From NCBI GenBank assembly GCA_963799775.1, contig CAWCYD010000003.1, positions 1,792,001 to 1,856,000 of the forward strand: a DNA stretch of 64,000 nt, in the 5' to 3' direction. Shown here piece after piece: positions 30,231 through 39,431 of this stretch. This stretch comes from an uncultured archaeon (GTDB lineage Archaea; Thermoproteota; Nitrososphaeria; Nitrososphaerales; Gagatemarchaeaceae). Each line of letters starts with the position of its first letter. Position 1 is the stretch's first letter. A model generated the notes under the pieces. It saw only the letters and a list, made by a program, of their open reading frames with translations. It was not told the origin of the DNA and did not search any database. Made by a program: the position numbers and the translations under genes.

Positions 30231-30393
30231 GGGGTCGTCGGCTAGGCCAATCCGAATCACTTCGGCTTGGGGCTAGTCTGGTCTAGGCTTCAATCACAAA
30301 TCGGAAGATGCCTCGGGAAGAGAGCAGATTTGCAGTGCGAATCTGTCTCGAGAACGCTTGAGACCCCCGGTTCAAATCCGGGCGACCCCACCA
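30231..30393 (+). tRNA. tRNA-Pro(CGG) with three introns (15/16, 29/30, 37/38), CCA encoded
   Basis: Removing 30246-30276, 30294-30309 and 30318-30354 gives GGGGTCG/CGACCCC acceptor and CAAGC-CTCGGGC-GCTTG anticodon arm; central BHB helices GGCT/GGCT, CTTC/GAAG, CTCG/CGAG. Confidence 0.88.
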
Positions 30394-30481
30394 CGTCAAG
30401 GAATTCGAGCCTCGCATCCGGATGGCCCGGGCACGAACAAAGGCTATTACGACGCGCTCGAAGAACGGTGCTCACCTTATT

Positions 30482-31571
30482 TTGAGCCGCATCGTCGGTC
30501 ACCTCGACCTAGACTATTTCTTCGCCCAAGTCGAAGAGGTAGAGAACCCCTCGCTCAAGGCCCGGCCTGTCTTGGTGTGTGTCTTCTCGGGGAGGACGGA
30601 GGAGAGCGGCGTGATAAGCACAGCCAACTACAGGGCCAGAGAGCACGGCGTCAAGTCAGGGATGCCAATCGCCCTGGCGAAGCGCCGGCTCCAGGGAGTC
30701 GAGGCCACCTTCATCAGGATGGACCACGCAAAGTACGAGGCCTACTCCGCCCGGGTGATGGAGATCCTCCGCAGCGAGGTGGACAAGCTGGAGCAGACAG
30801 GGATAGACGAGGCCTTCTTCGACATCACCAAGAGGACTGGAGGCGACTACACAGCCGCATCTTCTCTCGCGAAAGAAATCAAGGCAAGGATACTCAGCGA
30901 GGAGAAGCTCACTTGCTCGATTGGGATATGACCCAACAAGGTGGTCGCGAAGATTGCCTCCGATTTCAAGAAGCCGGATGGTCTCACCATCGTCAAGGAT
31001 GCGGACGTCAGCAGCTTCCTCGCCACCATGACGGTGGACAGAATCTATGGGGTCGGACCTAAGACAGCGAAACTGCTCGAAGAGAAAGGCATCGCAACGA
31101 TACCCGACCTTGCTAAGACACCGATGCAATCTCTCGAGGATGCTCTCGGCAGGAAACTCGCAGTCTACCTGCACAACACCTCCAACGGGATCGACGACGA
31201 GCCGGTGAACCACAGCGGCGGGATCACGCAGCTGAGCAGGATAATCACCCTGAAGCGCGACACCCACGACGTAGGGGAGGTCATGGATGAGCTTCGCCCG
31301 GCGCTACGAGACGTCCATGAGAGATTGGTCTCGAAGAACCTTTTCTTCAAGAACCTCTCGGCACTTGGGATAAGCAAGAACCTCTCGCTCCACACAAGGA
31401 GCAAGACCCTCGAGACGCCCACGAACGACTACTCGCTCGTCGAGAAGGAGACCGAGCAGCTCTTCGCGACGCTCCTCCGAGAGGTCGGAGACCTTCGCCG
31501 GGCCGGCCTTCGAATCGGTGAACCTCCAGGACATGGTCGACCAGCACTCCCTGACGGAGTTCACCCGCTAG
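30482..31571 (+). pseudogene. dinB: Y-family DNA polymerase IV (DinB/Dpo4) with in-frame TGA at 30929 and a late frameshift
   Basis: HLDLDYFFAQVE, TANYRAREHGVKSGMP, GIDEAF, SIGI*PNK; may be intact if the lesions are sequencing errors. Confidence 0.8.
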
Positions 31572-31587
31572 GTAGAGGTCTAGAGAG

Positions 31588-32013
31588 GTGTCCAAGACAA
31601 TCGCATCAAAGGACGACCTAGCCTCGCGATTCGCCCGCTACTCGAAGGACCAGGCCCAGTTCGCGAAGGCCGTAGACGCCGTGTTCGGAGGCTCGGTGAA
31701 GAAGCACGTCTTCACGCCGAGCGGCAGGGCCATCTTCTCTGTGGTCGGGAGCAACGCCGACGAGTTCATCGACCCTGACAAGTCGTTCTGCTCGTGCGAG
31801 TCCTACTTCTACAGCGTCCTGAGCGCCAAGACCAGGCAATGCTATCATCTCCTCGCCTACAAAATCGCCTCCGAGTCGGGCCTGATTCACGAGGTCGAGT
31901 TCGACGACGAAGAGTACGACCTCTTCATGAGGCTCCTCGCGTCAGATGTCCTGCACTCGCGAGAGATAGGGAAGACGCCCAAGAAGAGGCAAGACTTCAC
32001 TTGGGAAAGCTAA
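31588..32013 (+). CDS. SWIM Zn-finger protein
   Basis: FCSCESY...CYHLLA. Confidence 0.8.
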   Translation: MSKTIASKDDLASRFARYSKDQAQFAKAVDAVFGGSVKKHVFTPSGRAIFSVVGSNADEFIDPDKSFCSCESYFYSVLSAKTRQCYHLLAYKIASESGLIHEVEFDDEEYDLFMRLLASDVLHSREIGKTPKKRQDFTWES

Positions 32014-32324
32014 AGCGTCCCTGCAACCCCTCACGCGAAAAGGGAAATCGACCCTTCATGCCGCGTTGGAAAAATTCCATGCAAGACTTATCAACAAAAC
32101 GTGAGAAGATAGCAATAGTGGATTCATGACCAAACTATGAATAAATAGATGCAAAGTCTAGTTGATTGAGTAAGGCCGTGACCTCTGAAACCCCAAAAGG
32201 CGGAATCGCTATGATATTGTCGCCGCAATCCTCATTGTGTTAGCATCCATGACCATAGGTCCGTGACCTTAGTTTCTTCTGATATTATTAGCCCCAAGTT
32301 ACTTCATGTTGGGACGATGTTCGA

Positions 32325-33530
32325 ATGATCCTCTCGAATCAGAATTCGTTCTTCAAGTCAAGGGGTCTCAATATCGGAATTATGATGGTGATTCTCACTC
32401 TTCTGCTGCTTTCTAGAGCATTGCCAGTAGGTGCCGTTGCATCTCCCACTTCTTTCTGCTCTCCTGCTGCGATAAACAGCGCCACCGAGGCCCTTGATGC
32501 TAATATCAACCAAGCAACAATCAAAGAGCATGCCACATCGACAGCTGCTCTGTACTCTTCCGTCTACAACGTCCAATACGAAGGCGTATTCTTCAACACA
32601 ACATGGAATTCTAGTTGTATCGTTTCTATGGATTACGTGGGGGCGGCCTATGCAATGACGGACAAGAACGGTGCTAACTTCGTCCTAGAAATCATCGAGA
32701 GCCCGTCCCTATCGTCTGTTCTTAATGTGACAATCTCTCCCTCAGTCTCGCACAGCATTTACAATGACAGCAGTGGGAACGGGGCCAAGTGGGCCGGATA
32801 CGAATACAATTCGGGAAACGGACTCGAGGAGACTGAAGCGGATTGGTCTGTCCCCGCAATCAGTGGCCCTGGCTACGATGGGTCTGGTACGAACACGTGT
32901 GATAATGGCCAAGACCAAACATACTCGAAATGCATTTACTCTTTCTGGGTTGGCGAGACCGAAGGCCCGGGAGGTTATAACAGCTCTTCAATCACAGGGC
33001 TTGCGCAGGGCGGTACCGATTCTGATTGCAGCAATAGCTGCGATGGCACCAGCAACGGCCCTGACACATACAACATGTGGATTGAATTCGTAAACAGCAC
33101 AAGGGATGACCGGCTACCTGACACCACAGATGTCGTAGGTTCTGGCGATTCCATACAGGCTTACGTAACCGTATTCCCAACCAACGACTACTACGTGAAT
33201 GTCCTTGACGAGCACTCGGGCAAGGCATGGTCTAGTTACATGCCTAACGGCTTCGGCATGGGCAAAGCACATTATGCCCAATTCATGGGCGAAACACCTG
33301 GTGGTTATTCTCTCCCTGACTTTTCAAGCTTCAGCGTTTCGGGAGCCGGATACTACGACGATAGCAGTAACTGGCACACCATCGGAAGCGGGTGGACGAC
33401 CGAGTACGTTCAAAACTATCCATCAGCCTATCAAACATGCAACAGTCAGTCTCACAAGTGGAACGTGTGCTCTGGTTCGGTCTCTAGTGGGGACTTCGGC
33501 CAGAGCTACCTTACAACTTCTGGCTATTGA
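32325..33530 (+). CDS. Secreted glutamic peptidase (G1/eqolisin-like), paralog 2
   Basis: WAGY, ADWSVP, SFWVG, LAQGG (Gln), WIEF, VGSGDSI, FMGETP (Glu), LPDF; colinear with 24447-25643. Confidence 0.72.
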   Translation: MILSNQNSFFKSRGLNIGIMMVILTLLLLSRALPVGAVASPTSFCSPAAINSATEALDANINQATIKEHATSTAALYSSVYNVQYEGVFFNTTWNSSCIVSMDYVGAAYAMTDKNGANFVLEIIESPSLSSVLNVTISPSVSHSIYNDSSGNGAKWAGYEYNSGNGLEETEADWSVPAISGPGYDGSGTNTCDNGQDQTYSKCIYSFWVGETEGPGGYNSSSITGLAQGGTDSDCSNSCDGTSNGPDTYNMWIEFVNSTRDDRLPDTTDVVGSGDSIQAYVTVFPTNDYYVNVLDEHSGKAWSSYMPNGFGMGKAHYAQFMGETPGGYSLPDFSSFSVSGAGYYDDSSNWHTIGSGWTTEYVQNYPSAYQTCNSQSHKWNVCSGSVSSGDFGQSYLTTSGY

Positions 33531-33647
33531 TATGTCAAACAAATCTGCCAAACCTGGATAATCAGAAAGTTGCCGTGATAGAGCAATCCATCTCAATCCT
33601 TTTCTAGACCATCCCCAATAAAATTCTAACACTGAAGCTGGTGGCCT

Positions 33648-34514
33648 TTGAACAGTCGAACCGGAATCGCCCTGCTCGTGATCGGGTGCCTAATTCTTGG
33701 TTCGATTGCAACATATCAACAGATTCTCATCACCAAATCACCAGAGATAGCGAAAACAGTCACGGCTACAATCTCTCAAACTCAGACGACGACAATCACG
33801 TTGTCCACTACCACTTCAGTAAACAACACAGTGATTGTTTCGGCGGCGAATCAAACCATAGCCTCGACCTTGGGGCCGAACGGGATAATGTTACTGACTT
33901 CTATCAATGCCACAACTCTTATTGTCGGGCAACAATTGGAGATTAGCGTTTCGCTCTTCAATTCACTCCCTAGAGTAAACAGCGTACCAACCGCGGCTGA
34001 CTGGCAATTTAGAGGCGTCCCACTTTCCTTGTGGCAGGATTGCGATGTAACTCCTGCCAAACCCAATGGGCAAATGGAAACATATGCTACCGAGGTAGTC
34101 GTGCTGCCGGGATACTATACAATCAGCAACATATCGACGGTCGCCAGTGTCTTACTTCCCACTCAAGCTTGTCATGGCTTATCGAGTATGATAGACCACG
34201 TTATTTTCCAGCCGACCAGCTCAACGGCAAATATTACCGGAATCGGTGGAGTGTCAGCGAGTGGACCGATTAACATGACCGCCGGTCCATTCCACACATC
34301 GAACAGCTTCACTACTCGCGGAAGTTGGGATCTTTCAAGTGCTTTGTCTCAGCTTTTGAACGGAAGTCAGCCAGCTATCATCACTAACAACAAACCCGAG
34401 CAAGCAGCTAATATTCCTCCCACAACGTCATTCTCTCCTGGGATATACACGATAGGAATCTCAGATGAATGGGGGCAGAATATCATTTTTCACTTCGACG
34501 TTTTGTCAGAGTAA
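33648..34514 (+). CDS. Membrane-anchored Thr-rich partner protein, paralog 2
   Basis: TM helix, Thr linker, GPNGIMLL...VSLFN...PGIYTIGISDEWG. Confidence 0.72.
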   Translation: MNSRTGIALLVIGCLILGSIATYQQILITKSPEIAKTVTATISQTQTTTITLSTTTSVNNTVIVSAANQTIASTLGPNGIMLLTSINATTLIVGQQLEISVSLFNSLPRVNSVPTAADWQFRGVPLSLWQDCDVTPAKPNGQMETYATEVVVLPGYYTISNISTVASVLLPTQACHGLSSMIDHVIFQPTSSTANITGIGGVSASGPINMTAGPFHTSNSFTTRGSWDLSSALSQLLNGSQPAIITNNKPEQAANIPPTTSFSPGIYTIGISDEWGQNIIFHFDVLSE

Positions 34515-34691
34515 TACAGACAGAAAGGAGGAAGTACGAGCACTTGTTTAATATTGTGTAAACAGAAGCTTGCTATCCCTGATTGGTTTCATTCGTGTCC
34601 AAAATATCACCATGACCTCTCAATCCCTAGGGGGAAGCTTCAACACGACGAGTTACAATAGGGCACCGAACCCGTAAATTTTGAAGATACG

Positions 34692-34792
34692 AGCCACAGA
34701 AGGGATTTGAACCCTCGACCTTCTGCTTACAAGGCAGTTGAGCCGAGAAGCATTCATTCTCGTATGCTCTAGCCAGGCTGAGCTACTGTGGC
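34692..34792 (-). tRNA. tRNA-Thr(TGT) with a 26-nt intron at 27/28
   Basis: GCCACAG/CTGTGGC acceptor; removing 34763-34738 gives TCTGC-CTTGTAA-GCAGA; BHB central helix GAGC/GCTC and intron hairpin CGAGAA/TTCTCG. Confidence 0.9.
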
Positions 34793-36244
34793 CCGAGCAC
34801 CCCCGCTTCTGATTCGGCTTAATCTCCTTTCCGTCAGTGACCTAGCAAAAAGGGCTCGGCAATCGACCGAAATCGCTTGCTTCGTATTCGGATAAGCAAG
34901 AGCAGCTGCCTTGTGACATCCTCCCGCGTTCTCGGAACGTGGGCTTTCAGCGGTTTGGTTTCCGCCTCTAGTTCCTGCTTCAACGACCGAGCTTGCAGCC
35001 CCAGTTGACCAGGGCCGTAGAGATCCGGTCTCCACAGGCTTGAGTTCGGGCGCGACCCGCCCAGGGTGCTCCTGAACGCGTCGAGGACCGCCACGGTCCT
35101 TGTCCCGCCCTACCTGAAGTATTCCTCTCTTCAGCACGACTCGACTAGCATTTCTGTCGCGGTCTAGAATCTTCTGGCAGCCCTTGCAAGGGAACTCGCG
35201 CACGTCCAACGACACTTCAGTGCGGGTTCCACATGACCAGCACTCTTGGGAGCTGAACGCCGGGGGCACTTTCACAAATATCTTCGCCGCCCGCGCTGCC
35301 TTGTATTCAACGAACTCCATGAGCTGGGCCCACGATGCATCCTTGATTGACTTGGCCAGGCTGTGGTTCCTTACCATGTTCCCGATACGCAAATCCTCGA
35401 AAGCCAGCAGGTCATGGTCTCTGACTAGTCTCGCGCTGAGCTTGTGGTTGAAATTCCGCCTCCTTCCGGATACCCTCGAGTACCGAGTTGCAAGTTCGAG
35501 CCGTGCCTTGTCTCGGTTCTTCGAGCTGGGTCTCTTGTTCGCCAGGCTCTTGTGAAGGCGGGCTAATCGCCTCTCAGATTTCCTAAAGAACCTCTGGGGC
35601 TCAACTCTCTCTCCATCGCTGGTGGTTATCAATGATTTCAGCCCCAAGTCAACACCTAGAGGCGATGTCCACGCTCTGGGGAGGGACACATCACATAATG
35701 GCATCCTGCTTTCGTACACCAGGCAAGCGAACCACTTGCCGTCCGGCTCGCGTTTGACTGTGCAAGTCTTGAGCTTCGCGCCCACCGGAACCGACCTGTG
35801 AATGACGACCTTGACATTGCCAATCTTAGAAAGATGTAGCCGATTCTTTTCGGTCTCGAGTTTGGCTCCGCCATTGTACGCCTGAGGATAGGTGAATGAA
35901 CCCCATCCACTGTGTTTCTTGAGTCCCGGGAACTTACCTTTGCCTCCGAAGAATTTCTTGAACGCCCTATCCACCCTCCTCAGCACGTCCTGGAGCGTCT
36001 GCATGTATAACGACCTCATCTCAGAGTTCTCTCTTACTTCGGTCGTAAGCATGAGACATTGCTGCCAGTAGGTTGTGGAATGTCTCTCTCCCTGCCACCT
36101 CGCCTTCCTGTCTTCAATGGCCATATTCCATAGACGGCGACAAACATCGACCGTCTCAATCATGCTCTTCTCTTGTCTTCTGTTCGGGTAGAGCCTAAAC
36201 TTGAAGACACTCCGAGCATTCAACTGGGAACTAACCCAAACCAA
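34769..36244 (-). CDS. tnpB: IS200/IS605-family TnpB RNA-guided nuclease, no TnpA in window
   Basis: FKFRLYPN, RuvC-I GVDLG, RuvC-II AFEDL, Zn finger CWSCG...CKGC, RuvC-III DRDRNA; ORF reads through the right end into the tRNA. Confidence 0.93.
   Translation of the reverse strand: MVWVSSQLNARSVFKFRLYPNRRQEKSMIETVDVCRRLWNMAIEDRKARWQGERHSTTYWQQCLMLTTEVRENSEMRSLYMQTLQDVLRRVDRAFKKFFGGKGKFPGLKKHSGWGSFTYPQAYNGGAKLETEKNRLHLSKIGNVKVVIHRSVPVGAKLKTCTVKREPDGKWFACLVYESRMPLCDVSLPRAWTSPLGVDLGLKSLITTSDGERVEPQRFFRKSERRLARLHKSLANKRPSSKNRDKARLELATRYSRVSGRRRNFNHKLSARLVRDHDLLAFEDLRIGNMVRNHSLAKSIKDASWAQLMEFVEYKAARAAKIFVKVPPAFSSQECWSCGTRTEVSLDVREFPCKGCQKILDRDRNASRVVLKRGILQVGRDKDRGGPRRVQEHPGRVAPELKPVETGSLRPWSTGAASSVVEAGTRGGNQTAESPRSENAGGCHKAAALAYPNTKQAISVDCRALFARSLTERRLSRIRSGGARATVAQPG
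34899..35115 (-). ncRNA. Predicted TnpB omegaRNA (scaffold plus about 14-nt guide); 5' boundary approximate
   Basis: Right-end hairpin GCCCACGTTCCGAGAACGCGGG followed by AGGATGTCAC (ends 34913); downstream flank AAGGCAGCTGCTCT is the predicted guide. Confidence 0.65.
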
Positions 36245-36247
36245 GCA

Positions 36248-36665
36248 TTAAGCACCCATGGAACGCCGAAGTTCGGCGAGAACTTTCCGAAGTTCCCCGC
36301 CCGACTGGGCAAGGAAATCTGCGTCCTTTAGGATCAGAGACAGAGTCGCAAGCTTATCCCGATTCTCATTGGGTGCCTCGATGAAGGCCCCGCAGACCAA
36401 CTTCGGCAGCGTGGCTTTTAGCAGCCCAAATCTGAGATTCATGTATGCAGCGCGTCGCCGTAGCTCCGAGAGAGCTGTTCCATTCCGCCTGCTGCAAGAA
36501 GTGCACTCGAGCACAATCCCACTTCCAAGAAACACCAGGAAATCCACAGAGATGCCCCTCTACGGGGTCGGAGGCCGAAGCTCGAACACATGGTGAGACG
36601 AAAGACAGCCGTTCCTCAATCAGGAGATTCCTGACCGACTCCTCTTGGAAGGTCAGGGGCATCAT
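36248..36665 (-). pseudogene. Small PD-(D/E)XK-like nuclease, disrupted by a frameshift and a stop
   Basis: Joined frames read QEESVRNLLIEERLSF..HHVFEL....*RGISVDFLVFLGSGIVLECTS; ends 4 nt before the tnpB start. Confidence 0.4.
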
Positions 36666-36877
36666 TGCATGAGTCCTCCTCATCCATGCGATTGACGTGA
36701 CAGTTTACACCTATGCTATACCTCCTAGGGCTATTTAACCACCCATAGAACAAGACATTATTCTGCCTCTGATTGATAAACGGGGCTAGATTCGAGCTTC
36801 TATCATTGGGACAAACAGGATGACATTGCCGCTTAATTGTGGCCTACCACATGGTGTAACGCGCAGGCGGTCTATCG

Positions 36878-37576
36878 ATGAAAGGGCTCATTGTTCTTGC
36901 GGAGGGAACAAGACAAGACTTTCTGACTGTCTTGATTGACCAATCGTCCTTTGGGCTGCAACTCAATCGAGTCCTTTGCGTCTCTGACAAAGAGGAACAA
37001 AACTCGGCGATTGAGAAGCGCTTCGAGGAGTTCGGATACAGGCCAGAATTCCTCTCCTATTCCGACTTGCGGAAAACCAATGCAATGACCGCGAGAGGCA
37101 AGTCAGTCCTCCTCATCTCACCAGCAGAGGCAATCAACGAGTCTGATGCAAGGGGCATGATCGATGGCGGACTGGTCAAACTGCTCACCAGCAAGATTTG
37201 GAGGAATGTTCTCGCGTTCCATGAGACAGACGCTCCTCTTGGCATCACCCAGGTCAGGGCCCTTGACCACCTGTCTGAGTGGATCTCCAGAGGAATCAAT
37301 GAACGGCCGAAAGCTTGGTTCTACGAAATCTTGCTAACGCTGTTGTATAGGAGGCACGAGAGTGTCAGAGGCCTTCAGCGACTACTTGCAAAATCAGTCT
37401 GGAGCCAGCTCGTCCGTACTGATACAGCATCCGCAATCAGACAAGCGCGCGCAGAATTTCTGCGAGAGAATCTCATCTCTGAACGAAAAGGCAGCCTCAC
37501 TTGCAGCGAATCCGGGCGGCGGGCAGTAGAAGATTACACCCCGTTTGACAAGATTGAGTGTCCCGGACACCCGTAA
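36878..37576 (+). CDS. Hypothetical protein with C-terminal Hel308/Ski2-like winged-helix domain
   Basis: EILLTLL...AEFLRENLISERKGSLTCSESGRRAVEDY resembles the Hel308 WH motif (L...g.I.......T..G...s..Y); no Walker motifs. Confidence 0.5.
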   Translation: MKGLIVLAEGTRQDFLTVLIDQSSFGLQLNRVLCVSDKEEQNSAIEKRFEEFGYRPEFLSYSDLRKTNAMTARGKSVLLISPAEAINESDARGMIDGGLVKLLTSKIWRNVLAFHETDAPLGITQVRALDHLSEWISRGINERPKAWFYEILLTLLYRRHESVRGLQRLLAKSVWSQLVRTDTASAIRQARAEFLRENLISERKGSLTCSESGRRAVEDYTPFDKIECPGHP

Positions 37577-39431
37577 GCCACGTGATATCGATGAGAACGG
37601 TCCACGTCCGGGTTGGGAGCCTGATGACGACTCTCGTGAGCGTTCTGACTATCTCGAGGAACTGGTTTCCGAGAGCATAGAGAGACATGGATGGGTGACT
37701 GTCAACGAGGTCGCCACAGCAGCAGTCGACAGTCGAGTGATGCCGACCCGATCGAATGCAAAGTCGCGGAGGATCCTGAAGAAGCTCGTCGCCAAGGGAA
37801 GGCTCGTGGAGTCTGTCTACAGGACTGGCGTGGGCAGGCCACGTCTGGTCTACAGGAGGCGAAACTCCACAGATGCGGCAGAAATCTTCGATAATTCTTG
37901 CGGTGATTGCGCGCTCTACTCTCCTGTCGTGAGGAGATGCAGGTTGTGGTTGGCACTTTCTAGATTCAATGCTCAGCAAGTCTACGAGAGGCAAGAAGAA
38001 CTATCGGCCATCGCACGAGACAAGCTGCGCAACTCCAACAGAAGGGTAGGGCCTACTGCCACGGCCTGCGAGATATTCACTCCCAAGAAAAAGGATTATC
38101 CCCTGTCACAAGCCCGGGACAAATGTGCATCCTGCGGGCAGGAGATTGATACTCCCGTGGCGAAGACCGTCAAGTGTCCCAAATGCCTGACCACGTACAA
38201 GCCCCTCGCAACGAAGATCCTGGTCCACTACGACTACGAACAGTTGTTCAAGGCGCGTTATACTAAGCTAGCAGGAGTGCCACCCCCAAGGCAGGCTCTC
38301 GTGCTTACGGAGCAGGAAGTTCGCGCAGGAAAGACTGACTGGCGCGACATCATCGTTCTCTACCCTGGCGAGAAAGTTAGGCTGGAGGCAGAGGGCATCC
38401 ATGTGGAGCGAAGAAAAGGACGCTTGGCGTTCGAGCCTTACAATCGCATTTACCAGATCATCGATTATGGGGCGCTTACTGACAGGATGATTTGCTCCCT
38501 GAAGGCCGAAGGACTCTCCGTATTGCAGGGGCGTCTCCAAGAGGGTCCCAAAGGGAGAACGTCGTTCCCACTTTACCCGTCGCTTGGATTCGTCGAGAAG
38601 CTGCGCTGGCTCGAGCAGAATTCTCCCCTCCGCAGAGAACTCCTCAAATCGATGATGCTCAGCACGATAGTCGCCACCAAGAGGATAGCGAGCCGCGGCG
38701 GGCCAGGATTGAAGGTCCTTGTGAACCGGCAACTCCTCGAATTCGCCCGGATGAACACGGATGCCGAAATCTCTGTAAGCAGAGCTCTCGCCTACGAAGC
38801 TCGGGCCAACCGCCTATACTGGAGTGCCTACAAGACGATGCTCAGGGTCTCAGGGCTGGGGTTCGAAAGCAGAGTGAGGGACAGATTCGTCAGGGAGATA
38901 GTGCAGAGCATTAGGGCAAGGGCTAGAGGATATTCTCCCGCGAACGCTGCGATAAACTATCTCCACCAGAGGAGACTGCTCTTGTGTCGTCTCGCTAACG
39001 CGAGGACCGCCATCGGTTGGGTCGGATGCGAGGGAATACTCCACGTCGCGAAGAGGGAGCCAAGCATAGGCCTCTTGCTAGACCTCAGCGACTCTTTCAA
39101 GCTGGCTGATAGGGAGAGCTTCCTGAACGCGACGCTTCACATCGAGGTGACAAGGGACGATTTTGTTGCCCGTCTAGGAAGGCAGAGGACCTGGTTCTAC
39201 TATCCGACCCAGGAGGCAGTCGGCAAACTCGATTTGTATGGCTCACACGCCGACCAGTTTCACGTCGTCTATCGAGGTAAGAACATGACCTTGACTGGAG
39301 CTTATGATGAGCTACTAACCTCATTCATCGAGGCCGTAGAGAATTCTGACCTGACTCGTTTCTACCCATTTGTCTATGGCGGCGAAGAAGACGCAATGTG
39401 GCTCGAGAGTATGGATTCTGAGAGAGAATGA
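37545..39431 (+). CDS. cas1: Solo Cas1-family integrase with N-terminal wHTH and Cys/Zn domains
   Basis: Cas1 beta domain (IIVLYPGEKVRLEAEGIHVE...PYNRIYQII) and catalytic domain YEARANRLYW, FESR, PANAAINY, GILH, LLLDLSDSFK; N-terminal wHTH, CGDC...C, CASC...CPKC. Confidence 0.8.
   Translation: MTRLSVPDTRKPRDIDENGPRPGWEPDDDSRERSDYLEELVSESIERHGWVTVNEVATAAVDSRVMPTRSNAKSRRILKKLVAKGRLVESVYRTGVGRPRLVYRRRNSTDAAEIFDNSCGDCALYSPVVRRCRLWLALSRFNAQQVYERQEELSAIARDKLRNSNRRVGPTATACEIFTPKKKDYPLSQARDKCASCGQEIDTPVAKTVKCPKCLTTYKPLATKILVHYDYEQLFKARYTKLAGVPPPRQALVLTEQEVRAGKTDWRDIIVLYPGEKVRLEAEGIHVERRKGRLAFEPYNRIYQIIDYGALTDRMICSLKAEGLSVLQGRLQEGPKGRTSFPLYPSLGFVEKLRWLEQNSPLRRELLKSMMLSTIVATKRIASRGGPGLKVLVNRQLLEFARMNTDAEISVSRALAYEARANRLYWSAYKTMLRVSGLGFESRVRDRFVREIVQSIRARARGYSPANAAINYLHQRRLLLCRLANARTAIGWVGCEGILHVAKREPSIGLLLDLSDSFKLADRESFLNATLHIEVTRDDFVARLGRQRTWFYYPTQEAVGKLDLYGSHADQFHVVYRGKNMTLTGAYDELLTSFIEAVENSDLTRFYPFVYGGEEDAMWLESMDSERE

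Noticed and set aside
30929-30931. Selenocysteine or readthrough at the dinB TGA
   Set aside because: It replaces the small residue in SIGI(G/A)PNK, not a Cys; a single GGA-to-TGA change or error is simpler.
32035-32060. att copy of tRNA-Thr(TGT) at the left edge of the second peptidase cassette
   Set aside because: AAGGGAAATCGACCCTT resembles AAGGGATTTGAACCCTC only loosely; too degenerate to call.
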